From Macrostomum hystrix (taxonomy: Eukaryota > Animalia > Platyhelminthes): a stretch of 64,000 nucleotides of DNA. The DNA is taken from NCBI GenBank assembly GCA_950097015.1, contig CATNEN010000038.1:10664001-10728000 (forward strand), in the 5' to 3' direction. Under the pieces are notes generated by a model that did not search any database, was not told the origin of the DNA, and saw nothing but the letters and a program-made list of their open reading frames with translations. Shown here piece after piece: positions 46,925 through 59,751 of this stretch (positions are counted from its first letter, which is position 1; every line of letters begins with the position of its first letter). The position numbers and the translations under genes are program-made.

Positions 46925-48292
46925 ATCTCACTCGTGCGTCTGATCTCACTCGTGTCTGATCTCATTCGTGCGTCTGATCTCACTCGTGTCTGATCTCACT
47001 CGTGCGTCTGATCTCACTCGTGTCTGATTTCCCTTATGTCTAATCTCTCCCTGCCTAATACCACCAGTGTCTAATCTCTTACTTGCCTAATTTCTACCTG
47101 CCTAATACCTCCAGTGTCTAATCTCTCACTTGCCTAATCTTTCCCTGCCTAATACCTCCAGTGTCTAATCTCTCACTTGCCTAATCTCTCCCTGCCTAAT
47201 CCCTCCAGTGTCTAATCTCTCTCGTGTCTAATCTCTCTCGTGTCTGATCTCTCGCTTGCCTAATCTCTCCCGTGTCTGATCTCTCGCTTGCCTAATCTCT
47301 CCCGTGTCTGATCTCTCCCGTGTCTAATCTCTCTCGTGTCTAGTCTCTCTCATGTCTAATCTCTGCAGTGTCTAATCTATCTCGTGTCTAATCTCTCTTG
47401 TGTCTAATCTCTCTCGTGTCTAATCTCTCTCGTGTCTAATCTATCTCGTGTCTAATCTCTCGCTTGCCTAATCTCTCCCGTGTCTAATATCTCTCGTGTC
47501 TAATCTCTCTCGTGTCTAATCTCTCCCGTATCTAATCTCTCTCGCTTGCCTAATCTCTCCAGTGTCTAATCTCTCTCGTGTCTAATCTCTCGCTTGCCTA
47601 ATCTCTCGCTTGCCTAATCTCTCCCGTGTCTGATCTCTCTCGTGTCTGATCTCTCTCGTGTCTAATCTCTCGCTTGCCTAATCTCTCCTGTGTCTGATCT
47701 CTCTCGTGTCTGATCTCTCTCGTGTCTAATCTCTCTCGTGTCTAATCTCTCTCGTGTCTAGTCTCTCTCATGTCTAATCTCTGCAGTGTCTAATCTATCT
47801 CGTGTCTAATCTCTCTTGTGTCTAATCTCTCTCGTGTCTAATCTATCTCGTGTCTAATCTCTCGCTTGCCTAATCTCTCCCGTGTCTAATATCTCTCGTG
47901 TCTAATCTCTCTCGTGTCTAATCTCTCCCGTATCTAATCTCTCTCGCTTGCCTAATCTCTCCAGTGTCTAATCTCTCTCGTGTCTAATCTCTCGCTTGCC
48001 TATCTCTTCTGTGTCTAATCTCTCTCGTGTCTAATCTCTCGCTTGCCTAATCTCTCCCGTGTCTGATCTCTCTCGTGTCTGATCTCTCTCGTGTCTAATC
48101 TCTCGCTTGCCTAATCTCTCCTGTGTCTGATCTCTCTCGTGTCTGATCTCTCTCGTGTCTAATCTATCTCGTGTCTAATCTCTCTCGTGTCTAATCTCTC
48201 GCTTGCCTAATCTCTCCCGTACCTAATCTCTCCCGTATCTAATCTCTCCCGTATCTAATCTCTCCCGTATCTAATCTCTCCCGTGTCTAATC
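46925..48292. repeat. 16-bp minisatellite (TCTAATCTCTCTCGTG)
   Basis: Period 16. Confidence 0.95.
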
Positions 48293-48444
48293 TGTTATTG
48301 TAAACCTGTTCACAAGAAAGGTTGGAATAGGTTTGGGTCGGAAATGATTATGCATGAAGCTTTAGCATTATACGAGTACTTAGGCTGGAAGTTGTCAAAC
48401 ATAATAATAAAGATATAATTAATTTATTACATCTGAAGGCTGCA

Positions 48445-48670
48445 TACGGGCAGTTCAGTTCATGGACTAGGCGGACGCTACACCTATCCTCAATTATACC
48501 AGCTAATGCTCGTACCCATTTAACACCCATTTACCCATTTACCCATTTACCAACGTAGAGAGAACTGTTTTGCTAATTAATACATATTTTTTTCAGTATA
48601 GTCTGATAGGGAGAGAGGAAGAGGGAAGTCGGGAATCGAACCCCTGACCTACAAGTTGTTAGCCGCAACA
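48445..48670 (-). mobile_element. Rearranged SINE family B copy
   Basis: B box GGTTCGATTCC at about 48632-48642 on the minus strand. 48445-48525 is colinear with 36645-36722. Confidence 0.65.
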
Positions 48671-49716
48671 AAAATCGCGGCAACATGCGCATATTCCTAC
48701 TTACTAGTATATTAGTAAGTAGCATGATAGTTGTTACGTTACTGTAAGTAAGAATGTAAAATATCTCATACTGTTTTGATGTAAATAAGAAAATTATTTG
48801 TTTACAATATGTTTTTAAAGCTGATAATATAGCCATTTTACTCATACTACGAGTAAGTATAATGATTCATATTCATATTCATATAAAGAATAAATATCTG
48901 TGAATCGGATTACAATGTTACACATTTCAGCCCACTGTGAATGTACTTACACTCAGTCAGTCTAAAAGACAGACAGGATCGCAAATTCTGACTAGCATTT
49001 TCTTCACACTGGCTTTCTATGGTTGCAATAAAAAATGCGAGCTATTAAAAGCGAGCAGAACCAGAAACAATCCAAACTGGACATAGTAGAAGCGCTTGCA
49101 GAACTAGCCATCTAGCCAGTATTAAAAGTGCATTTTAGATTACAGAAGAATTTACGACTTAAATATATAACTAGCGAACTGGCGAGACAGTGCGGTGGAG
49201 AATTTCGGACAGCAACCCGCTAGGAAAATTGATGGCTATTCCAAAGTTCGTATCTTTGTTTCAAATTTGACTAGACTACATTGCTACGGCTGCAACTAAC
49301 ACGCGAAGGTGAGGCACAAAAATGCTGTGAGAGAAAATGTTCGCCACTGACTTCTTCGTTAACAAGAAGCGCATTGTATAGATCAAAGAATCCTCACCAA
49401 TACGATGCCGGCGCTATCTTCATCAACTACGCAAGCAGAAAATTTATAGATACAAAAAACTCGTAACTTCTTTTAGCTTCTTTTTAAAGCAGCGGACAAG
49501 CTGAAAGCAAGCAAGATTGAAATTGAGAATGTTCAAGTCTGAAATTTGTTCGTTTGAAAGTTTCAATGAAGCTACGGAGATCAGTTATGACTAATGACCA
49601 GAAGTTGTACAATCTGTTGCTATGACACTGAGGCCAGTTCCATAGCTATACGTTGCTAACCAGTAGCTGATCCAATGATCTGTGTTAGAAATTTAGCAGC
49701 TATAGCGGGCTTAAAG

Positions 49717-50162
49717 CCATAAGCTTAAACTTTTTGGGAGAGAGACGGGAGACACCTGAGAGATAAGACAGGGGAGAGATTAGACAGGAGAGAGATGAGG
49801 CAAGTGAGATATGAGACAGGGGAGAGATTAGAAAGGAGAGAGATGAGGCAAGTGAGATTTGAGACAGGGGAGAGATGAGCCAGGAGAGAGATAAGGCAGG
49901 TGAGATATGAGACAGGGGAGAGATGAGCCAGGAGAGAGATGAGACGGGAGAGAGATGAGACGGGGGAGAGATGAGCCAGGAGAGAGATGAGACAGGGGAG
50001 AGATTAGACAGGAGAGAGATGAGGCAGGTGAGATATGAGACAGAGGAGAAATGAGACAGGATACTATAGGTGTTGGAAGGGGCAATGGGCCGGATTTGGG
50101 AGCTTCGAGGGCCGCATATGGCCCACAGGCCAGTTTGCCTTAAGCCAGTTTGCCAACCCCTG
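49717..50162. mobile_element. Second copy of the hAT-like minisatellite-carrying MITE
   Basis: Same GAGAC-rich array followed by GGATACTATAGGTG..GGAAGGGGCAA..GGGCCGGATTTGGGAGCTTCGAGGGCCG. The right end reads (rc) CAGGGGTTGGCAAACT...GGCCTGTGGGCCATATGCGGCCC, a typical hAT terminus. The left end is degraded. Confidence 0.6.
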
Positions 50163-51899
50163 GCTTAAGGCCATACAAAAGCCATGCTTAGTTTCCCAAT
50201 ACCCAACTAATTATTAATTTAACAAATCGACTTTTATGCAAATATTTACTTGCAGAAACTATTATAAAAATCAAAGTAGAAAACGAAAACTTGCACATTC
50301 ACTAAATCTAAAAAGGATGTTACATGGGCACCTGACTGTTGACAAAAATAATATTTAACAGCAATACTATTGATTTCAAGTGTATTGCTCAAAAATTTGC
50401 CAAATATGACAACAAGGTTTCTAGAAAGTAAATTTTATTGCTAAATTGTTTGTTACAACACTTCAAAGGTGAAATAATAAGACATTATAATACCTAATTA
50501 AAGCTTCAAGAATGCTAATAGAAAAAACTAACAAGATCATACAGTCATAATAATACATGGCACATTGCAATTATAAAAGAAGAAAATTATTAGAGTAGAG
50601 AATAAAAAAAGTTAAATTAATTTCCTGTTTTGTTTTTTAAAAATATATTTGTGGAGTCAAGAATTTCAAATTAGAATGCTATAACATATTTAACTAAATA
50701 TTATTATTGTACTAAACGTCCTTTCTATTCAGTAAATATTTTGTTGAAAAGTTTTATATCACCATTCCATTCTCAGAAAACTTAGAATTATGTGACTAGG
50801 CAAACTTTTTTTAACTGCATGCCAGTATTGCTTGAATAAATATGCACATTCTTAAGAATTATTGTTTTAAGAGAATCCTATTTTTTTATAATCTACTCCA
50901 AAGTATTCTCATTATTAAAAAATCTCATATTAAAGAATCTAATTCAAAAGATTGCTAATCTAAAGATTCCCATTCCTATTATATGACCTATTTACACATT
51001 TGAACTGCTGTGAGAGAGTATTCCTATACAAACTATGCAATTATCACTAGATTTCCACTGTAGCTTGGGATACAACTTCAGGAAGTTACTGATACTGGAC
51101 AAAAGTTACAGAGACAGATATGATTGCTAGAACATCTGTTTCTCATATCTAGTGTATATTGTCCCAGGAGAGGCTCGAATTCTCATTGGCTGCAGTCTAC
51201 CTGGCTCTGTGATTCCAGTACCCCATTGGTACTTTGGCTTCCACTTTCGATGTATTTCGAAAGACAAAGGGACAGGCTTCTGTACTTAATTTGAAACCAT
51301 GTTGAAGCCACAAAAGCAACCTCAACCCGATGGACATACTTCACTCTGTCATGATGATACACACACAGCAATGTGCCAACTGTGTGACAAAATTATGTTA
51401 AGGCATGAATAAGTTGCACTTGTAAAATGGTGGCATGCTGTAAGCATCTCGCAGATAAGCATCCTGATGCTTAGGCCTACAACTATAAGCACATAAGAAA
51501 GAACAACTAAAGGTGTAGAAAAGATCCAAAAAAGAGTCTGCCTAGTATTCGCCCCCTTAGAAGAATCAATGTAAGAGTATCCACAAAATCTATGTTATGG
51601 TTATGATGGAATTTTAACTGATACAAATAAAAGCAACTTGTATAGTCCATGTTCTTAAAGTTAAAAGCATTTAGCTAATTTAAGTATTAAATCAATTTGT
51701 TATAATTAACAAATTATAACAAATATTATAAGTAATAAGCTATAAGTAACAAAAAAATCAAATACTAATAATTTATTTACTTTCGATATTAATTGAATAA
51801 TACTATAATAATACAGTTCAGTCAGACAGTTAAATTAAGTTCCTAATTAAATCACCAAGGTATTGCACAAAAATATAGGCACACATTCCCATTTATTTG

Positions 51900-53200
51900 T
51901 TAAATTATTTTCAACATTCTTGAACTCATGCACATTTTTAAATAGAATGGCAGACACACTTGGCCCTTTGCAGCCTATGCATTGGACTGGTGCAACTTCT
52001 GCTGGGATGTTTATGCTGACTATAATTTCATCCCTACCCTATACAGTCTGGTCTCCTCAGCTATGAAGTTGAAATGGATAAATATTTTTCCACTGAAAAT
52101 ACCACCAGGGGTCAGACCATAATCAGGATCATGTCATGGTATACGCCGGAATAAAAAGTCCCCTAAAAAATCTACACCACTTCATACTGAAACGTACGCC
52201 AAGGTCCTAGGAACTTACGCTAGGTTTTCTAGGCTTTGTGACAATAAATGACCTTTTTTGCGTGATACACATTTTTGCCTACTTTATAAACACCTCTACT
52301 TAACCCGTAGAGGTCAGAGTCAAATTATGTACCATGAACTTCACGAAAGATTACAAGTAAAAGATTTTTTCTTCTTCAAATAAATTATTTAACAAATGTG
52401 TGGTTTTCATGTAAAGTAAATTGGCTTACAGATAATGCCAACAAAATCAATTTATTGTTTAAGTTTTTTAGAAAATTACACGATTAGTTTGCATACAAAT
52501 TTAAATTTTTATAAATCACGAATAGTTATGAACTTTCATTTCATCTTACGAGTTTTACGGTTTTTATGATTTTATAATAAGATTCTGAGGTTATGGCATT
52601 ATGCCGACAATTGTTAATATTAACTTTGGCATGAAGATTGGAGTTGGCATACTCTGCTTGGCATATATATGCCACGGCGTCACACCAAAAGGTATGACAA
52701 ATATATTTTACCTCATTTTTTATGCCAATTGTACGCCAAAAAAAAATTTAATTTTCAATTGTACGCCAGAAATTTCCAGTGTAATGTACATTATCCTGAC
52801 TATGGGGGTCAGACCACACTGGAACAAGGGTTGTAGGCATGATAGAGCATGGCACTAACAACTTTCATGCTTCCTGCTCTTCTGTTGTCATGTTGCCATT
52901 GATCTAACAGTGGGTCCTGAGAAAGTGCAATTTCAAAAGGAAAAATAATTATACAAAACAAAATAAAACATTGCCCTTTAGAAGACTCTTGTGTGGCCAT
53001 TTTTGTGGCCTTTTTGATGTATACTGTTTGAGATGACAGGTGATGGTCTGGTGCAAAGCTTCTAACATTCTGCAGTAGTGCTGTTAGCTCTCGCCATGCT
53101 GATGACATCAAACTTCTGTGCCAAATTTGACTACTGCCCCTTACACTCTTATAAGGCAGCAAAGAGAGTATGCTGTATGCTGTTCCACAATGGTATCATA
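51900..53200 (-). pseudogene. Possible highly degenerate hAT transposase relic, interrupted by the 52117-52805 element
   Basis: A minus-strand fragment KCVCHSI*KCA at about 51963-51930 resembles the hAT CxxH motif. The surrounding DNA is CpG-poor and full of stops. Confidence 0.3.
52117..52805. mobile_element. Non-autonomous TIR DNA transposon (about 690 bp) with target-site duplication
   Basis: TIRs CCATAATCAGGATCATGT / (rc) CCATAGTCAGGATAATGT (16 of 18 match). Direct repeat GGGTCAGA on both sides. Subterminal TACGCC motifs at both ends. Confidence 0.8.
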
Positions 53201-54299
53201 AAAATATTACAGTATTTTTCTGCCTACAAATACAGGTTCTTACCATACGGAAATAACTCTCACTACAGCCTACCTACAGATCTGAATATTAAATATGGCT
53301 TCATACTACAATACTCAATAGGACAATAGATCTAAGATATTTTAAGTAAGTAGTGAGTATTTGGCTCAGGCCAAGTGCCTGTTCGGACAATAAATAACGA
53401 ATGTGTTTTGTAAATAAAATATCCATTATAATGGATTAAAGGCGTAACGTAGTAAGCAGAAATAGGCTGATGTATTCTAAAAAAATAGAGGGTAAAAAAG
53501 TAAAAACTGTCACTTTTAAATTAGTGGATAAAGGTCAAAATACAATATGCTCTAGAAACTAAAAAGGCGGTATCGAACCATGTGAAATACATTTTGGGCA
53601 TAGAGAAGGCTAGAAGCGAGATTATCAATAAATATAACGATATGTGTACAATGCATTATATAATTGCTTGTGCTTCTGTGAATAAGCTTCGAATTATTTT
53701 ATCCAATTTCTCAGAACAACTTTAAAAGATTTAACAAAAAATTCGGCTATGATAAACTGAACTTGCTATATATTTTTATAATAAAATTGTCATACATGTA
53801 TTATTTGTTTTAACTAATTTTTTTTCTTTCTTTTTTACTTTTATTATATAAAACTATTTTGTCACCTCGTGATCAGTCGCCTCGTAATTTGATTCCCGTT
53901 CATTTCATCAAATTGTTAAGGTATTGTTATACCTTACAAACTGAAGCAAAGTTAGAAACAAAGTTTTTTTGTCGATTAAGAATTGCATGCAAAGCAACAT
54001 CACAAAGAGCTTCAGCGCTCGGGCACCAAAAAGGACGGCCAATCACATTTGTTACATTTCGCATATTTTCACTTTCGTTGTCGTTTTTTAACAACGTTAT
54101 CAGTTATTAAACTGCCCTAATCGCATATGACTTTTTGAACACCTATTTTAATTATCCAAATATAATATTGTTTAATATTGTTGTCAAAACAGGCTTCTTG
54201 TTGAATCGTCTGAGCCAAATCTACAACTATATACAACTGGCTGGGTCCCACGTAAGTCGTCATATCTCGTAGTATCTTCTCAAGAATTTCTCGCATCTC

Positions 54300-55360
54300 T
54301 AATCGTCACATCGTCACATCACTAACCTCAAGGCTACAACCTCCAGATCAGGTTGACCCGATTTGTATGCTGTTGAAGCACTCCGCGCGCCACCGTCTTG
54401 TTGGCGGCAATTTTAACAGCAGCAAGTGCCTGGAATGTGGCTTGACTGTTAGAGTACATGTAAATAGCCACAGATATTCGCCCCAATGAGAAGCTTAGCA
54501 CATTCATTTATGGCGCAGAACTCCGCCTAAAAGACAAAGGTGTTTTCACCAACAATTGATGCTGGCTCTCTTGAAGCAAAGCTTCCACCCTTGTGGAAAA
54601 TGGCGATACCCGCGCTTCGGCCGGGCTGTTTGAGAGCGAGCCGTCGGTGAAGCAGTGGATGCCTTGTTGGGATCTGCGGTAGAAACAGAGCATGCCAACG
54701 AATCGTCGGACTTCCTCGGCCGAGTTTGGCGGCTGTATCTTGGCGATGGCTGCTATTTTGTCCAGCTGAGTTCCTTCTTGGCTGACAACATGGCCTAGAT
54801 ATAGGCGCTTCGGTACGCGAACACAGACTTGTCCTTGTTGAGCTTCACACCAGCAGCTCCCAGACGGTTGAAAATTTTAGTCAAGCTGACTTATACGAGG
54901 GCATCGAAACTCCGGCTGAACACAATCAGATCGTCCACGTAGACGAGCCCCTCGTCCCAGGTGAGACCAGACATAATGAGTTCCATCAGTCTCTGAAAGG
55001 TCGCAGGCGAGTTTAGCGCTGTATTTAACTGACGCCAGTCGGTGCATAAGCGAATATCGCCGTTTTTTCCGTTCGATGCTCAGATTACTGGCCCATGGCG
55101 AACTAGATGGCTCGATGACGTCGCACCTTAGCATCTTGCGGATCTTCTTGAGCAGTGCCGACGCAGCTCAGGTGGCTGCTGTTAACCGCAGTGGAATCGA
55201 GCTTGAGGCCGCAGGATCGCATGAGGCTGCAGCTGATCAGTGAGGTCTGGGCGCCCTTGTCGAGAAGAAAACTGACCTCTCGTCCTGGGACAAACCTGAA
55301 GCAAAGTCTTCGCCGTGGTCCTACCTGCCAACTCGCCAACGTTTTGGCAGCCAAGAATTG
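54300..55360 (-). mobile_element. Degenerate Ty3/Gypsy LTR-retrotransposon pol relic (protease and RT fragments)
   Basis: Fragments in different frames: VSFLLDKGAQTSLIS (aspartic protease), VIEPSSSPWAS (RT N-terminus), GVKLNKDK, YLGHVVSQEG, IQPPNSAEEVRRFVGMLCFYRR. Many deletions and frameshifts; no LTR recognised. Confidence 0.85.
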
Positions 55361-55365
55361 CAGAC

Positions 55366-57858
55366 TAGATCAGTCATTGCTTAACTCTGCCTACTAGATC
55401 AGTCATTGCTTAACTCTGCCTACTAGACCGGTCATTACTTAACTCTGCCTACTAGACCGGTCATTACTTAACTCTGCCTACTAGACCGGTCATTACTTAA
55501 CTCTGCCTACTAGACCGGTCATTACTTAACTCTGCCTACTAGACCGGTCATTACTTAACTCTGCCTACTAGATCGGTCATTGCTTAACTCTGCCTACTAG
55601 ATCGGTCATTACTTAACTCTGCCTACTAGATCGGTCATTGCTTAACTCTGCCTACTAGATCGGTCATTGCTTAACTCTGCCTACTAGATCGGTCATTGCT
55701 TAACTCTGCCTACTAGATCAGTCATTGCTTAACTCTGCCTACTAGATCGGTCATTGCTTAACTCTGCCTACTAGATCGGTCATTGCTTAACTCTGCCTAC
55801 TAGATCAGTCATTGCTTAACTCTGCCTACTAGATCAGTCATTGCTTAACTCTGCCTACTAGACCGGTCATTACTTAACTCTGCCTACTAGACCGGTCATT
55901 ACTTAACTCTGCCTACTAGACCGGTCATTACTTAACTCTGCCTACTAGACCGGTCATTACTTAACTCTGCCTACTAGACCGGTCATTACTTAACTCTGCC
56001 TACTAGATCGGTCATTGCTTAACTCTGCCTACTAGATCGGTCATTACTTAACTCTGCCTACTAGATCGGTCATTGCTTAACTCTGCCTACTAGATCGGTC
56101 ATTGCTTAACTCTGCCTACTAGATCGGTCATTGCTTAACTCTGCCTACTAGATCAGTCATTGCTTAACTCTGCCTACTAGATCGGTCATTGCTTAACTCT
56201 GCCTACTAGATCGGTCATTGCTTAACTCTGCCTACTAGATCAGTCATTGCTTAACTCTGCCTACTAGATCGGTCATTGCTTAACTCTGCCTACTAGACCG
56301 GTCATTACTTAACTCTGCCTACTAGACCGGTCATTACTTAACTCTGCCTACTAGACCGGTCATTACTTAACTCTGCCTACTAGACCGGTCATTACTTAAC
56401 TCTGCCTACTAGACCGGTCATTACTTAACTCTGCCTACTAGATCAGTCATTGCTTAACTCTGCCTACTAGATCGGTCATTGCTTAACTCTGCCTACTAGA
56501 TCAGTCATTGCTTAACTCTGCCTACTAGATCGGTCATTACTTAACTCTGCCTACTAGACCGGTCATTGCTTAACTCTGCCTACTAGATCGGTCATTGCTT
56601 AACTCTGCCTACTAGATCAGTCATTGCTTAACTCTGCCTACTAGATCGGTCATTGCTTAACTCTGCCTACTAGATCGGTCATTGCTTAACTCTGCCTACT
56701 AGATCGGTCATTACTTAACTCTGCCTACTAGACCGGTCATTGCTTAACTCTGCCTACTAGATCAGTCATTGCTTAACTCTGTCTACTAGATCGGTCATTA
56801 CTTTACTCTGCCTACTAGATCGGTCATTACTTAACTCTGCCTACTAGATCGGTCATTGCTTAACTCTGCCTACTAGACCGGTCATTACTTAACTCTGCCT
56901 ACTAGATCGGTCATTGCTTAACTCTGCCTACTAGATCAGTCATTGCTTAACTCTGTCTACTAGATCGGTCATTGCTTAACTCTGCCTACTAGATCAGTCA
57001 TTGCTTAACTCTGCCTACTAGATCGGTCATTGCTTAACTCTGCCTACTAGATCAGTCATTGCTTAACTCTGCCTACTAGATCGGTCATTACTTTACTCTG
57101 CCTACTAGATCGGTCATTGCTTAACTCTGCCTACTAGATCAGTCATTGCTTAACTCTGTCTACTAGATCGGTCATTACTTTACTCTGCCTACTAGATCGG
57201 TCATTGCTTAACTCTGCCTACTAGATCGGTCATTACTTAACTCTGCCTACTAGACCGGTCATTGCTTAACTCTGCCTACTAGATCAGTCATTGCTTAACT
57301 CTGCCTACTAGATCAGTCATTGCTTAACTCTGCCTACTAGATCGGTCATTACTTTACTCTGCCTACTAGATCGGTCATTGCTTAACTCTGCCTACTAGAT
57401 CGGTCATTGCTTAACTCTGCCTACTAGATCGGTCATTACTTAACTCTGCCTACTAGATCAGTCATTGCTTAACTCTGCCTACTAGATCGGTCATTGCTTA
57501 ACTCTGCCTACTAGATCAGTCATTGCTTAACTCTGCCTACTAGATCGGTCATTACTTAACTCTGCCTACTAGATCAGTCATTGCTTAACTCTGCCTACTA
57601 GATCGGTCATTGCTTAACTCTGCCTACTAGATCAGTCATTGCTTAACTCTGCCTACTAGATCAGTCATTGCTTAACTCTGCCTACTAGATCGGTCATTGC
57701 TTAACTCTGCCTACTAGATCGGTCATTGCTTAACTCTGCCTACTAGATCGGTCATTGCTTAACTCTGCCTACTAGATCGGTCATTGCTTAACTCTGCCTA
57801 CTAGACCGGTCATTACTTAACTCTGCCTACTAGATCGGTCATTACTTAACTCTGCCTA
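55366..57858. repeat. 29-bp minisatellite (TAGATCGGTCATTGCTTAACTCTGCCTAC), about 86 copies
   Basis: Period 29; lies between the Gypsy relic and the tyrosine recombinase element. Confidence 0.97.
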
Positions 57859-58091
57859 CTAGATCGGTCATTACTTAATGCTTCTAAAATTAGGCAACCA
57901 GTCGACTATAGACAAACTTTCAGGCTTTGCTGCAGTGGCCGGGCCATAGACAAAGATTTAGGCCTTGACGCGACTGAAAAGTGCCATTCCAGCATCTGTT
58001 ACAAAAAGCAATAAGACAGGAAAGAAAACTTACAACCACAAAATACCAATTTCACCTAGTCAATATATATAGCTACACATCATTTTATTAA

Positions 58092-59449
58092 TTGGAGGAA
58101 CTTGCCGGTGGATTCACTGACGGAGTGACGCACGATGAGCTTCAATTTTTTAGTTCACTTTCCGCTGCTGACTGGAGTGCTGATGACGAACTGCGAAACT
58201 TTATCGACGCATTGACCAGTTCGGACGAAGGTTTTACGACTGGAGACAACCTTCCTGAATTACCTGAACTAACAGCTGGTTTCGGTGACGTTGATTTAGA
58301 TGCCGTTGAATTGTCGTCTCTTCCTCGAAGCTCGAGAGAACAAATGAACAAGGCTGGCGAAGCATTTATGAAATTTTTGGAGACGCGATCCATTCAAAGC
58401 CCCCAAGAGATGCCAGTGGCAATGCTGAACGAATATCTGCGCTTTTTCTACTGTACACTTAAGAATACTGATGGTAGTTTGTATGCCCCCTCTAGCTTGG
58501 TACGCTGGAGGGCTGGGATCCACTTCAGCATGATCCTAAAGCGTCCGCTTAATATCGTGTCTGGAGAAGACTTCGTTAGCTCAAATCGGATGTTGCGTGT
58601 TAAGGTACGCGAATTTCATAATTCAGGTGGAACAACTAAGCAGTTTCTACCGATCGAGGAAGCAGATCTGGAAAAAGTCAAGGCATATACTTTGATAGAA
58701 CCACAGCCGAACGCTTACAGGACGAGGTGGTATTCACCATTCTCTATATTCTTGGTGAAAGAGGACAAGAACACCTTAAGCATTTGAAAAAGCAGGGAGC
58801 ATTGGTTGCTGGTATCGACTCCGACGGACATGAGTACTATGAACTACCACCACTTCCAACTAAGATCCAATCGAGTGACCCAGCCAAGTGTAAAGACGAC
58901 AGAACGAAGCAGGCGCGCATCTATGGAGAGCATCGTGAACTGATTGCTCTGTGTGAGAGGTCTTTACCTACAGGGGTGAAAAACGGCAGATTTTTTCCGA
59001 AGCCTCTTTTGAACGATTCAGAAGGCAGACCCCGTTTTTCTACGAATCAGGTGCGCGGAGTCAACTGGCTGGCGAATTTTATGCAGAGGGTGAGTCGTCT
59101 ATGCAACTTGAGTAAAGTGTATAGTAATCACTGCATTCGCGTTACAAGGATCGCTGACCTGCGCGATAATGGTCATTCTTTGAACGATATTATGACTATT
59201 ACTGGCCAAAAGTCTGACAGGACTGTACGCCGCTACTTGTCTAGGCAGCGTGAACGCACTGTCCGGAATGTGTCCATGACAGTCAGCAGGGCTCTTAAGC
59301 GGAAGGGCGAAGCGGAGACTGCGATCTCTACACTAACGAGTGTGTCAGCTGATGCTACACATGGACAGAAGGATGATATGTTGGATAGGACACCGAGCAT
59401 GTTTGCCGGTTGCTCATTCCAGCACTGCACTATTAACTTTACGAAGTGA
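58092..59449 (+). mobile_element. Crypton-like / DUF3504-type tyrosine recombinase ORF, frameshifted (probable pseudogene)
   Basis: Two overlapping intronless ORFs join into about 450 aa if the extra TA at about 58686 is removed (KVKA|YFDRTTAERLQDEVVF). Motifs: LNEYLRFFY..LK..DG..Y...SL...RAGI, GERGQE (catalytic R), RGVNWLANFM..VS, YSNHCIR (HxxR), IMTITGQKS..TVRRY (catalytic Y). Confidence 0.85.
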
Positions 59450-59751
59450 TGCTCTAATTGTCATCCTTAGGATTGCAATATGGCTAGACACTTTGTTTTA
59501 TTGTTTATTATCATGTTTTCAAGTTGTCTCGCTATACTGTTATAATAAATATAACACAGCATATGAAAAAATGGTCTATGGTCAAAATGTTTTTTTCAGC
59601 GCTAAGGAATGACGCTGCGTGTCATTCGTGTCATTATAATACACTTGCGTATACGTACAATGACCATTGCTCAAAGTCTCTGAATCGAATTTTTTAGAAC
59701 TGGAATTCGATCGAAATTGAATCTAAAAAGTGTAGTATTTGCAGCCGCATC

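Noticed and set aside
58680-58700. Programmed ribosomal frameshift in the recombinase ORF
   Set aside because: No slippery heptamer is present. A simple TA duplication (mutation or sequencing error) explains the shift.
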